NCBI RefSeq assembly: GCF_037042905.1
Contig: NC_087253.1
Coordinates: 16,244,001 to 16,308,000, forward strand
From: Lytechinus pictus
Taxonomy: Eukaryota
Length of the DNA stretch: 64,000 nt
Direction: 5' to 3'
The stretch's first letter is position 1. Each line of letters begins with the position of its first letter. Below are positions 1 through 12,299 of this stretch, piece after piece. The notes below the pieces were generated by a model that saw only the letters and a list, made by a program, of their open reading frames with translations, searched no databases and had not been told where the DNA came from. Both the position numbers and the translations under genes were made by a program.

Positions 1-456
1 CCGTCTAAACATAATCCTAAAAAAAATCAGCCTATGACGGAAGAAGCTATAAGATACCATTATTTTGATTATTTGTTGTTGAAATCGTCAGCAAAGCGTA
101 CAAGGGGCGGCGCCACTGGGGGAGTGTGCGATTACCTCTGTTTAAGAAGAGAAGAGCAAAACTAAATTTGCAATTATAAACCAAATTATAATTAAGTGCA
201 CAATAACCCGATAATTAAATTATAAAAAAAGAATATGATGCCGCCCTAAGGTCGCTTTGCCTGCCCCTATCAAGTTACCATTGCACCGTCCCTGTGTCCG
301 TCTACTGCTAAAACTACGCCCCGTTTCTGAGTCAATTTCTTTTTTACACGATCTCTCCCGATTCCTATTTATTTCCCATTCCCTACTTCAGAAATATAAT
401 AATCTGGGAGTGATTTAGGCACTTGATATCTTTGTATGGGGCTTTCTTCTATCCAG

Positions 457-614
457 ACCAAACTATTGCGGAGGATGCTTTGCCGATTTCTACGTTGGTG
501 ACATCAAGGTGAACTGTTCTGCGTGCTCTGAGGGTATGACCTTTGAGGAGTGTGGATCAGGATGTGGCCCTTTCAGTTGTGACAACCCTCCAAGAGATAT
601 ATGTCCAAGAATAT
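457..614 (+). CDS. TIL-repeat gene, 5' half of the exon interrupted by the Harbinger element (PNYCGGCFADFYVGDIKVNCSACSEGMTFEECGSGCGPFSCDNPPRDICPRI)
   Basis: Acceptor ccag at 453-456, phase 2. Open frame paralogous to the uninterrupted exon 12838-13457. An in-frame TGA at 614-616 is created by the insertion junction. Confidence 0.88.
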
Positions 615-922
615 GACCCCTGTTACACATGCGTCGGCTTTCAAAGCCGGCCCCGGAGGCGGCCTCACGCCTGCAATTTGAAGCCGCCTCAAAATCATCA
701 AACCCCTGTTACACATAGTCTCGGGCCCGCAATTTTGCGTCTACACATAGGCCGGCCTCACGTCGCCTTTTCACGAGCTGACGTTGGGGCGCACTTCATG
801 TAAACAAACGCTTAATATTTTCGCGCGGTTTGCAGGTCTTTTTAATTGCATTGGATCTCATCGACATCGCGACCGATCCGTACACATATCTTACCTCCAT
901 ATTTTGTTTATATAATTGCATT

Positions 923-2764
923 ATGAAGGTTAAGAATATCGTAACTATTATTTCTGATCGAAGGAGGGAATTTCGACGTGCTCAAAAAAGGCGATTCCGG
1001 GAGTTTGAAGCACGTCGTCGGCGAGTACGGTACTATTTTTTGTTATGTGCTATAACGTTTGCCTGCACCGTGGAAAGGAGTGTGTGGATGAAGGAGCGAT
1101 CTGGACATTTCTGGGAGAGGATAGTGGAAGGGAGATTCACGGCAAGAGATTTTCGTGAAAATTTCCGTGTGAACAAGTCGACATTTGATTTTCTGTGTGG
1201 TGAGCTAGCACCGGCTATTCGTCGCCAAAACACACGATGGCGTAAAGCAGTTTGTGTCAGAAAGAGAGTTGCCATAACTCTGTGGCGTTTATCCACAAAC
1301 TGCGAGTATCGAACAATCGGGCATCTTTTTGGGGTAGCGAGATGTACCGCCAATGTCATCGTCAACGACACCTGCCTTGTAATTGTACAAGAACTAATGA
1401 GAAGATATATTACCTTTCCTTCTGGAGATAGATTACGGGCAACTGTTCAGGGGTTCGAGGACATGGGGTTTCCCCAAGTTGCAGGTGCCATTGATGGAAC
1501 CCATATCCCTATAATTGGACCTGTTAATTACCATGCTGATTATCATAATCGAAAGGGATGGTACTCTGTCATTCTCCAGGCAGTTTGTGACCATAAGTAC
1601 ATGTTCACAGATATCATGGTAGGATGGCCAGGACGCTGCCACGATGCCCGGGTGCTGGCAAACTCTTCTTTTCACCGAAGAGCGGAAAATGGAGAACTGC
1701 TTCCAAATGTACGTTTACTTTTAAATCTAATTTATAAAACTTGAATTAAATTTCATTTTATTATTAAAGATTTAAGCCACAAAAGATTATGATAGACTAC
1801 AATCATTTAAAATCTCATAGATCTACAAGTCAATAGTAACATGCACATTTCATTTTTTTAAAGGGATAATATAAACAAAGGATTTAAAACAATAAATAAA
1901 CCTAGAGAAATCAAGCCTAGAATAAGGGTAGATCTTCTTTTAAAATTTCATAAGTAATAATAGGCTACCATTAGTTTGCTCCACCTATTCATCTAAAAAC
2001 ACTGAGGTTTGTGTGATTTTGATATTTCATCAGCAGGGCCATAGCCAGTGTTTGATGTTTGGGGGGCACATACATGTAATTGATCAACGTCCTGGGGAGG
2101 GGTCTATAAGGATGGGTGTGTGATCTTGGGGGGGGGGGCACGTGCCCCCCCCCCCTGGCTACGGGCCTGCATGTTCATCAGCATGATCAATGTGTATTTT
2201 AATGAATTAATTTTAATATATATTTTTCTAAACATCTTCATGATATTAAAATAGACCTCTACTTAGTATTGATGTTATTAATATTATTAAATGATTATAT
2301 TTCATTATTATCATTTTCAATACATTGTTTTTGACCAGATGACAAGAAACATCAATGGCCAAGATGTTCCGCTGATGATACTTGGGGACCCTGCCTACCC
2401 ACTGCTGCCATGGCTAATGAAAGGTTTTGCCGATAATGGTCGTCTGACTGAAGATCAGACTAACTTTAACTACAGGCTCAGCAGGGCGAGAATGGTCATC
2501 GAAGGTAGTTTTGGTAGACTGAAGGGGCGATGGAGATGCTTATTGAAGCGCAATGACAGCGCTCTTGAGAACGTAACTAATATTGTTGGAGCGTGTTGTA
2601 CCTTGCATAACCTTTGTCAGATGCAGTCCGATGAGCCAGATGACGAGTGGCTTGATGTTGCTCATGAATTACGAGAGTTTCAGCCACCTTGTCCTTTGCC
2701 AAATCAAAGGCCTGCACCATCAGCATCTGTAGTGCGTGATGCTCTTGTTCAGTATGTTAGGTAA
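923..2764 (+). CDS. Harbinger DDE transposase (HARBI1-like, DDE_Tnp_4); exons about 923-1708 and 2339-2764
   Basis: Motifs [64 protein letters not shown]. Phase-0 intron gt 1709 to ag 2338. The first in-frame ATG is at 923; the true start is uncertain. Confidence 0.92.
2034..2169. mobile_element. Poly-G/poly-C MITE in the transposase intron
   Basis: Inverted ends cagggccatagccag / ctggctacgggcctg with G and C runs. Confidence 0.6.
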
Positions 2765-4272
2765 CTTTTTTTATGCATTTCTTCAACCACTGTTAATGAT
2801 ATTCCACAGGTGTAAACAGAGCCTCAAATGAACTCATTCATTCGGTTAGTCAATGACCCCCCCCCCCCCCCCCCCCCAACCCCCGCCCTCATGATTGAAA
2901 ATGTTATGTAGCCTCTGTTTTGTAATGTAAAACAGTTATCAAGAATAGAGTTTTCTCTCTTGGACATTTCTCTTTGTTTTTCCTTTTTAATTATTAATTT
3001 ATGTTAATCATTCATAATAGACTATTGAGAAAATGCAAATCTGTTATTTTTTTATAATCCATTTTAAAGTAGATGGTTGGCCTTTTTGTAATGAATAATC
3101 TTTTTTTTTTTTAATAATATGCTTTTATTTCACCAAGTCATTTGTTTCATATTTTACTATACAGAGTGATGAAAAAGTAGTAAATTTAAGGTAGGCCTAT
3201 GGCAGATAAGATTATCAGGGCCAGAAGATTGTCAATTAATTAGAATGATTTTTTTTTCTTCTTTGTATCAGTCTCTTTCCCAATCCATGGATACAGTAAG
3301 ACTGGGTTTATGTTATTGTCAACCATAGCTGGGGGCTTTAGGTATGCATAGCAGAGGTTAATGTATGCACTGACATAGCAATGCATCTGACCAGTAGCAT
3401 AGCACACTGCAATCTTCTTTTCATCTTGTGTTTCTTCCCTGTTATGACTGACATAAGTTTAAGTGTTTTAAAACCGAATATTCAAATTCAAATTCATTTG
3501 CCTATATGATCTACAAGTGATGAACACATTTTAACCATCTTATCCTGTGCCCATTCAAAAGCCAGTTTTGTGTTATGTTATTTCATTTGAGGTAAAATGC
3601 AGTTGTATTGTTATTTTTTCAAGCAAATATAGTGCCAGAAGCATTATTTTTTTTCTTGTTGTCCATGTGACTTTCTTGCTATTTCATCAATGCGATAATT
3701 TATATCAATCATTAATCTTAAAAGATGCACTTTAAACTTGACACCAGCATGCCTCATCATGGGAAGATGAATTAATTTTGTTTAGGGTTATGTAGGTCAA
3801 AGGACACAGAGGTTAATACACATGAAACATTACCTATTTGTAGTTCTTTTATCATAATATCTTGTACTATTTGCTTCTTGTATTCAATGTGCTAACAAGT
3901 ATTCATTTGGAGAGGAATTTCAAACAAAGGTTACAGAGGTAAATGTATAATGTATATAAAACAATACCAGATAAACATGATTTATCTTCAAACCCATGTG
4001 GATAAGTAGTAATTGCTTGGGGGCAGGCGCAAGTGGTCATTATCTCTTTAGCTATGTGATTATATTGGATTGTATTCAACCACTATGAAATAGCTGTTTT
4101 GTACATATATGTCGTTTTTTCTTCTCTAACCACTTTTAGTTCAAAATTGTTAGGTATTTTCTGTGTATATGTTAAATACAACATGCCTCCGATAATGAAT
4201 AAAAAGAAGAAAAAACATCAAGAATTCAGCTAAGGGTCTATCCTATTATTTCTGTATTATAACACTCTAAAA

Positions 4273-4437
4273 GCAAACCAATCTAAATTGGAATCAAATG
4301 GGGACATATTTGTTTCTATTCTTATTTAGAATAGATTCTATTCATCTTTTTCCTTCGGATTCTCTTCAATTCTGAGAATTTGAATAGAAACTAATATGTC
4401 CCCATTTGATTCCTATTCATATTTGATTAGTTTGTTT
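4273..4437. repeat. Hairpin or MITE-like inverted repeat inside the Harbinger element
   Basis: ggaatcaaatgggacatatttgtttctattc pairs with gaatagaaactaatatgtccccatttgattcc. Confidence 0.6.
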
Positions 4438-5479
4438 AGAAAACACATTAAGTACATGTCAGTGGCAGACACAGAAATCTTGGGGGGGGGGGGGGGTACC
4501 CCAGGTGTTATAGTTTGTCTTGTTGATGTCCATTTTTTTCTGGGGGGGGGGGGCTGGAACATGTATCATTGTCCATTTAACATTGTAGAATCAAAAGGTA
4601 ATATTTTTTATTTAAAAAAAATTTAAACAAATTATGAAGTATAAAGATACAGAATTTAAACAAAAAGTTTCATAGTACATGTACCAAAAAGGCAATTTAG
4701 GTCACTATATTACAACATTATTTTGACTGACATGGGGTGTAATATAGAATTTTGTTGGGCCTGTAAATGCTTAAATATTCCAAGAGGGACTATTTTTCTG
4801 CAAAGCATGTAGTGTTTGGAAAATGTGATGTTTTCCAAAGAGGAGAAATTAATACCCGAGATGCCAAGATATGTTATCTTTCAACTCTTGCAAGATGACA
4901 TATGGCACCTCTATTATTATATTCTCTTAGGATTAAATCACACTTTCCTTGACTCTATAAGCTTTGCAAATACATGTATATATAAGATAGTCTTTTTTGT
5001 TAAAGAGCCGATTTGCTTTGAACGATCAAAATAACATCCATATTTTGTTTGCATTGTTTCGCAAATCCCCATGAAAAGCATGCTCAGCCAATCATTTGAC
5101 TGGATCTAGGTAGACAATGTATTAACAGAGGTAAAGGTATAGGGTTAGGTCACACATGCAATCAGGCAAGAAGACTGGAAATATACCAAACAAATTATTT
5201 ATTATTCAGAGAATAATGAACACGTACATAAAAAGTAAAACATAAAAGTGCAATATTTGCATAATGCATTCACAAAGTGCAATTTTCTTTACATAGTAAC
5301 TGAAAAGTTATAAAATATACCACAATTATGTCCTGAGTTTAAATTAGTTGGCACTATCGAAAGGCAGACTTTGGTAACGTTTTATTGCCAATATACAGTT
5401 TCTTTCTTAATAAATACAAAGAAAAGGGGGGAAAAGTTTTTGAAAAGTACTGCAAATGCAATGATGACAAACAAAAATG

Positions 5480-6445
5480 TAGACATGTGTGATAAAATAG
5501 CAAATAGACTTTGAAACTTTGTGTGAATGCATATGTATATAACCCATCTTATACATGTAATTGCAAGATAACAAGTACTGACAAAAACAAACAGTTAAAA
5601 AATATAATACTTTACACTTTCAAGTTGTGACTCAACTTTCTTTGGCAATATCACATTGGTACAAAATGAGGGTTGGCAGCGTTTGATATAGATCTTATTT
5701 AAGAACAATAAAACATAGTCATTTGAAAGGTATGTATATAATAGAAGATCAAAATAAAAATGGAATGTTTATATATATATACTGTATATGTACAAAAGTT
5801 CACATGTAGAAATGTGTGCTTAAATAGCAAACAGACTTTGTAACTTTGTGTGAATGCATATACCTGTTTTATACATGTACAGAAATTGCAAGATAACAAG
5901 TACTAACAAAAAGAGCAGTTAAAAAATATAATACTTTACACTTTCAAGTTGTGACTCAACTTTCTTTGGCAATATCAAATTGGTACAAAATGAGGGCTGG
6001 CAGCATTTGATATAGATCTTATTTAAGAACAATAAAACAGTCATTCGAAAAGGTATGTATATAATAGAAGACAAAATAAAAATGGAATGTTTATATATAC
6101 TGTAGATGTACAAAAGTTCACATGTAGAAATGTGTGCTTAAATAGCAAATAGACTTTGTAACTTTGTGTGAATGCATATGTATATAACCTGTTTTATACA
6201 TGTACAGTAATTGCAAGATAACAGGTACTGACAAAAATGAGCAGTAAAAAGATATAATACTTTACACTTTCAAGTTGTGACTCAACTTTCTTTGGCAATA
6301 TCAAATTGGTACAAAATGAGGGTTGGCAGCGGTTGATATAGATCTTATTTAAGAACAACAATAAAACATAGTCCATTCAAAAGTTATGCATAGAATAGAA
6401 GAAAAAATAAAAATGAATGTTTATATACAGATGTACAAAAGTTCC
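5480..6445. repeat. Three tandem copies of a ~320-bp unit
   Basis: aaatagcaaa.agactttg.aactttgtgtgaatgcat recurs at about 5496, 5822 and 6140, each followed by the same downstream blocks. Confidence 0.85.
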
Positions 6446-6804
6446 AATAGCAAGTAAATGGTTACTTGATGTAAAAAAGAACTACATAAAAACAAAGTTA
6501 TATGTTTATAAAAATCTATAAGTGCTAAGAACAAAAAGTACTAACATCTACAATTTACATGTAAATTCCCTTGCCCTTGGCAATGATTCTGGCAGCACTG
6601 AGATGGATGGCTAAGTAAAAACAAGGGTTTCAGCATGGCAAGAGTACAGGTGAATGATATGCAGCAACAAGTACTGAGGAAAGAAATTGTGATGAACAAA
6701 AATCCTGAAAAGTGTCATCTCATATGACAAATACATGTTTACCACCGTGGGAATTCCAAACACACACACTCCTCCACTTGAAGAATGCATTATGTTTGTA
6801 ACAA

Positions 6805-8460
6805 TTACAGTGGAGTGTAATCGTGATTGTAGGGCCAGGAATTTGGAGACCGCTCTGGACCGGACTGGGAGTTGTTTCCCTGTTGCTGCCACATTGAAGT
6901 TGACGACTGCCGCATACCAGCCATTAAGGCCTGAAGCATTTGGAGTTGATGCTGTCTATCACGTTCTTTTTCTTGCTCTCTATGCTCCCTCTCTTCTCTT
7001 CTCCTCCTCTCCTTCTCCTCTAGTTTTTTTTCTTCAGTACGCTGTGCCTTCATTAGGAGCTCACGCTCCCACTCCATTTGGCGCTGCATGAACCGATCCT
7101 CCCTAGCATTGAAGGCATTTGTACTGTCCTCCTCCAGTGTCTTTATCTCCTTGGCTATCAGTCCGAAGGACTCCTGCAGCTTTGATTTCTTCCGCTTTTC
7201 CCCTGTTATGAAGTAGGTAGTATAAAATACATCGTAAATAAAAAAAAATCAATCAAATGTGATAGCGGTAAGAAAGGTATACAATCATTTTATTTCTTTC
7301 AACTTGTTACACACATACTTTTCTGTATTTGACATAAGGCATGCAATATCACACTTCTAATAGCTAATACAACAAATCAAGTGAGAAAACCTTGAGTTGC
7401 AAAAAAAAATCATACTGCATGAAAGCAACATCAACGGGATGTAAAAGGCCCCTTTTCTTGAAAATTTGCTGAATCGAATTCAAATATCATATGAACTATA
7501 AATAAGCAAATGTATGGAAACAATCTGTTTATATTACCAGTTGCCTTACGTCCATTAGCAGATGATGTTGAAGGTCCCTCTAGATCCTCCGGTGGAAAAT
7601 TGCCAACTAAAGAAAATGAGGGATAGAAAAGCGATTACAATAAGTGACTACAATAATAAACATTTCATTTTTATGCATAAAATGAAGGGGAACTAATTTT
7701 TATGTTGTTATGTGTCACTGAAGTAAAAACATTTTAAAACAAAGGCTAACTTTCAATACATTTTTATTTTATTAAATTCAAATCAGTTCCTTTCATATTA
7801 CTCAGTATAAAATGATACATCAAGACAATATAATGATACCAATAATGTTTATTTTAAATGCTCACACTGAGAGGGTAAGAGCCAAAAAGGATTAGTCTTT
7901 ATAATTACACATGTATATACAAATAAACATGTATATGTGATTACAAATGAAAAAAGGAAGAGGAATCCTTTACCCAATTCTGTTGGTGCTTCCACATCAT
8001 TTTCCTCCAGTTCATCATCCGTTATACTTCTATCTTCTTCGGCTCCATCCTCCTCCTCCTCTCTCGGCAGTGAATCAGAGTCCACCGAGTCTAGCGACTC
8101 AGATTGATCCTCCTCCTCTGGTTGCGACGCCAGAATGGCAACTGGTGCAGTCTCTGGTCTGCCCCCAAAGATCTCCTGCAGTTCGCTATAGAATTTACAT
8201 GTAATTCTCCCCCTGCCTGATCGATTGTTATTGTCCTCCGTCTTTCGGAAGGACGCTCTTAGTTGTTTAATTTTCCGCTTGATTTGGTCCTCTGCCCTTT
8301 CGAACCCCCTTTCTTTCATCAATTGGCATATCTTACGAAATACCGTTTTGTTCCTTACTGTGCCATCCATCTGTTCTTGAATGTTTTTCTCCCGCCAAAT
8401 ATTCAGGAGGCACAGCGTCTCCACATCTTCCCACAGACTCCCTCTCCCTGTTGGTGCCAT
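6805..8460 (-). CDS. Harbinger Myb/SANT-like (trihelix-type) DNA-binding protein; exons 8460-7974, 7606-7538, 7202-6805 (317 aa)
   Basis: N-terminal WEDVETLCLLNIW...RNKTVFRKICQLMKERGFER...IKRKIKQLR...FYSELQEIFG. Acidic middle, KRKK NLS-like motif and coiled-coil C-terminus. Two phase-1 GT-AG introns join the frames, including a 69-bp exon absent from the ORF track. Confidence 0.9.
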
Positions 8461-10211
8461 TTTGATCTAAAATGAGAGAACAAATACAAATACAAATTAA
8501 TAATGGTAACCACAAAGATTACGATGTGGTAAAATTATTATATAAAATTATGTGTAACATCTATTAATCACCTTTTAGGATTTTTGATCTTGTCAACAAC
8601 TTCTCTTGTCAGGGGACAGTTGACATGAATATCATCAAAAATTCAAATTTAATGATTCAGATTGATCGACCACCTAGATATATGAAGGCCCTTCTCCCCC
8701 TGCTATGTAACATTTGATGATCGATGGACAAATTATTCCGCTAAAGTTCCATATGTACCCATCACTAAAATTGAATAAAACAATTGAAAAATATGGGTAT
8801 GACTTAGAATGACATAACTAATATAAATAAAGTATACAAAATATGGGAAATCACTTTCTAAAATAACTATCTAGAAATCCATATAGTATACAAAATATGG
8901 GAAATAATATTCTAAAAATCTATCAAGTCCATCAAGATAAACTCCTACAGCTCGGCAACTAACACGTGGCCAGCCGCTGATCTCTGAATACCGGTGGAAG
9001 AAGAACTTATTCATACTTTATTTACAAGTTTCTTTTGTTATCATATCACGTGTTAATCTGTTAATGTATACAATTTTTAATACAATTTGCTTCTAGTGAT
9101 AATTTTAGAGACGGTTTAATGATCATTTAGAGATGGTAGGCCTAGAGTGTTAATTATAGAGACAGTTAATACTATAATAGTAAGGTACGCAGAGTCTGTT
9201 ACAGCTAGGGTTAGGGTTCGCAGACCCCGGCGTCCATCCTAGAGTACGCGGCCTCCTGATGACTTTGGTTGGTTAGGGATAGGACTTCGAAGTTAGAGTT
9301 GTGTATATTATTGTACTGTAATCTGTATTAACATTGTTTTATGCACTCACCGCTAGAATCTACTTATTTTAGTCTACTTCTTTTTTGTGGGGATTTTACA
9401 GGCAGACACTATTTTATATGTAGATCTAGACCCTACTCATTTGTTTCAATGTCTAGCGACATATTTCATGTCCAATTTCTGACTATGTGCGACTCCGACT
9501 GAGTGGATTATTGGCATTTGAAATAATTAATGGCAATTGTCTAGTTTCATGTCTCATGGCCTGGCCTGCCCCTGGCCATGCCTTCAAAATCAAAGTTAAA
9601 TACTTCATCAAGTTCATGCCTCATGATCATGATGACTTTGTTTGAGGCATAAGATGATGTATTAACTCTGACAGTCTGACTCCGAGTCTGATGATGATGA
9701 GTCATAATTTCATAATCATATGAGAAAAATTATGACGGCTCATGATGTATGGCACTCCTGTCCAGGCTATTGTTTTTAGTCTGTCTATTAGTATTGATAA
9801 ATTATCATCGCCAACAAAAAAATAATGATCATTCTTCAGATGGTGCAATCACAGTAGCGATGTATTTAAAAACATCGAAATAAACAGGAAATGATCAGAC
9901 GATCGAAAATCATAATTCCCAAACCCACAGAAATATAGGGATGGGACTGAATTACAAGTCACCATCACTCATCAGTTCTGTTCGGAGAAAATACCAGGAA
10001 TAAACGGTTTAAACTTTTAGCCCACCAGTACAGAATATGTCGTGTCTTAGTGCAGGCTGCTGGATATGAGGAAATTAAAATTTAAAGCAATAAATGATGA
10101 AAAACAATGTAATTTTACGCTCGGGGCGAGGCTTACCTATAATATATACTGCATGCCTGGTCCAAATGGCAAAAGCGCGCCCGGCCGATGCATTGTTGAT
10201 GATGACAGGTC

Positions 10212-10231
10212 GCGTCACTTCCGCTTATAAG
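10212..10231. promoter_or_regulatory. Candidate element promoter: overlapping ETS/CRE-half motif next to CTTATAAG
   Basis: Minus strand reads GCGGAAGTGACGC in a GC-rich patch upstream of the Myb gene. Motif match only. Confidence 0.35.
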
Positions 10232-10448
10232 CCGGCGCCGAGTCCACTTTGGTGTTACACCTACCGATTGCGGGACTGAGTCCGGACTCGGGCCGGCCTC
10301 AAACCACATCCAGAGGTGGACTGAGTCCACCTGGCCTCAGTCCGGCCTCAGTCCGGCTTTTCAAAAAAAGTTGATGTTACACATACGTCGAGCCGCCTCC
10401 GGGGCCGGCCTCAGTCCACTTGCAAACGTATGTGTAACAGGGGTCTAT

Positions 10449-10907
10449 GTCGACCTGGTTGCTACTGTCCAGAAGGACTCGTCAATGATTATCAAGCAAA
10501 CGGTAACCAATGCATCGAGTTTGCCGAGTGTCAAGAGACACCTACCTGTCCAGAGGGTATGGTATTTGAAGAATGCGGATCTGGATGTGGTCCTTTCAGC
10601 TGTGACAGCCGTCCAAGAGATATATGCCCCAAAATATGTCGCCCTGGTTGCTACTGTCCCGAAGGACTCGTCAAAGACCGGGACAATGGCTATCAATGTC
10701 TTCAGCCGAGTTCCTGTTATGAACTAAGTTCTTGTCCCCCGGGTATGGTCTATGAAGAATGCGGTTCAGGATGTGGTCCCTTCAGCTGTGATAACCTGCC
10801 TCGAGATATATGCCCACGAATATGCCGTCCAGGCTGCTACTGTCCCGAAGGCCTTGTCCTTGATGAAGATTACGGGCATCGGTGCATACCTATTGATCAG
10901 TGCCACG
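10449..10907 (+). CDS. TIL-repeat gene, 3' half of the interrupted exon (rest of TIL1, plus TIL2 and TIL3)
   Basis: Repeated CPxGMxxEECGSGCGPFSCD...ICPxICRPGCYCPEGLV...C pattern. Donor g|gtatgt at 10908. The rejoined exon is 617 nt versus 620 nt for its paralog. Confidence 0.9.
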
Positions 10908-11849
10908 GTATGTAGTTTGAGGGAATTTATATCATAGCTCTGTTTGTTGAAATGTAGATATCGGGATTGTAGTTATGAATAATTAATTGCATACGGCTAG
11001 AAGTATTTTGTCATATCCATTAACTGAAAATATTGACATGATGACAATAAACAAGTCACGAATCCATATGTGAAATCTTATTAACGCTAACAATTGGTAT
11101 ATGGAAATCCAGAAAACTTGTTGTTCCCTTCTTCTTAGGATTAGATTTAAAAAAAATCAACAGGTTTCATGGGAGAAAATTGTGTAATTTTGTAGGGTTA
11201 CTTGCAAGTTTAATTATGCAGTTGGTATCTTATCTAACGCTTTTACTTATAAATATATATTTCGAGAATATTTTTTTGTAATTGTATTAGGCCTACAAAG
11301 ACCTTTTACAACTTTGTCAATCAAATCACTTTATAAGTTGTTTCAATAGTAGAATAGATTTATAACTCTTATAGCAGCATTTGATTTAGCAAGAATAAGC
11401 TTGCATGTTATTTGTGATCGATCAAGCTGACAGCGATGAATGAAATTAAGAAAGGGTCAGTTTTATCAGTTTCTAGAATTGATAACAAAGGTTATTTGGT
11501 TTTCCGATGGCGATTAAATATTAGAAGACCAATCTCATGATTATCGTGTCGTTTAGGCGAAAATAAGACAGCAGATCTACGGATCGGGATATGATATTTG
11601 TTGGTAATCTTTATTTGGTTTAATACTTTATCTGAATCTTTTTTTTACTCAGTTTGCTCATCAATGTCTTCGTTATCCTTAAAACATTGTCAGTATTCTT
11701 ATCACCACTATTTGCATCATTATTCTCATCAGTATTATAAACATCAATATATTTAGTGTTAACCTAGTTCATAATATGTTGCCATCATCGAAATTGTCCT
11801 TTGGTAGTTCTTCTGATATTGATATGATCATCATTTAACTGATATTTAG

Positions 11850-11931
11850 ATAACTGCCCTGATGTCTTGAACTGTGGAATGGACCCATGCGTTAACTCCG
11901 AATGTTTTGCATATCCCCTTGCTGAATGTAG
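11850..11931 (+). CDS. 82-bp exon encoding the first half of the NYCGGC Cys module (DNCPDVLNCGMDPCVNSECFAYPLAECR)
   Basis: tttag acceptor and gtaggc donor. Phase 1 to phase 2 exactly bridges 10907 and 12838. Not in the ORF track. Confidence 0.85.
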
Positions 11932-12000
11932 GTAGGCATACGTTCATCTTTCCATTATCACCCCCTCATATTCATCACCATCCGTGAAAGTACAGTCCAC

Positions 12001-12162
12001 CAGGGCTCCGTAACCCAAAGATTAGTGATCAATCGCTAAATGAACTGACCAATCAATATGAATGTTACACGCGCATTGGTTTTAAAATACTTGCCAGGGA
12101 CCAAGCAGTGCGGTTCTTTCATATTTGCAATTCATCGCAAACCTTTGTGTTACGGAGCCCTG
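12001..12162. mobile_element. MITE
   Basis: TIR cagggctccgtaac / gttacggagccctg. Confidence 0.7.
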
Positions 12163-12203
12163 GTTGGTGCATCGTCTTACGCAGGAGTGAGAACAGTGCT
12201 GTG

Positions 12204-12299
12204 GAAGATCTATTCTACATGCGGTTAAAAGAATCAGCGCAGTCTTAGCGCAGTTGGAACCGCGCTGATTATTTTTAACCGCACGTAGAATAGATCTTC
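12204..12299. repeat. Near-perfect palindrome (MITE-like)
   Basis: gaagatctattctacatgcggttaaaa...cagcgc pairs with gcgctga...ttttaaccgcacgtagaatagatcttc. Confidence 0.7.

Larger units (their letters stand above)
615..10445. mobile_element. Autonomous PIF/Harbinger DNA transposon, 9,831 bp
   Basis: Perfect 16-bp TIRs GACCCCTGTTACACAT / ATGTGTAACAGGGGTC (19/20 when extended). 3-bp duplication TAT at 612-614 and 10446-10448. The empty-site sequence aagaatatgtcgacc is seen in the paralogous exon. Contains a DDE transposase and a Myb/SANT gene. Confidence 0.95.

Noticed and set aside
923-8460. Domesticated HARBI1/NAIF1-type host genes
   Set aside because: Both genes lie between perfect TIRs with a TSD and interrupt a host exon, so this is a transposon.
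9200-9220. Telomeric TTAGGG seed
   Set aside because: Only about two units; such motifs are common in repeats.
615-10445. ProtoRAG/Transib element (two convergent genes inside TIRs)
   Set aside because: The proteins are Harbinger DDE and Myb/SANT, the TSD is 3 bp rather than 5 bp, and the ends lack the CAC heptamer.
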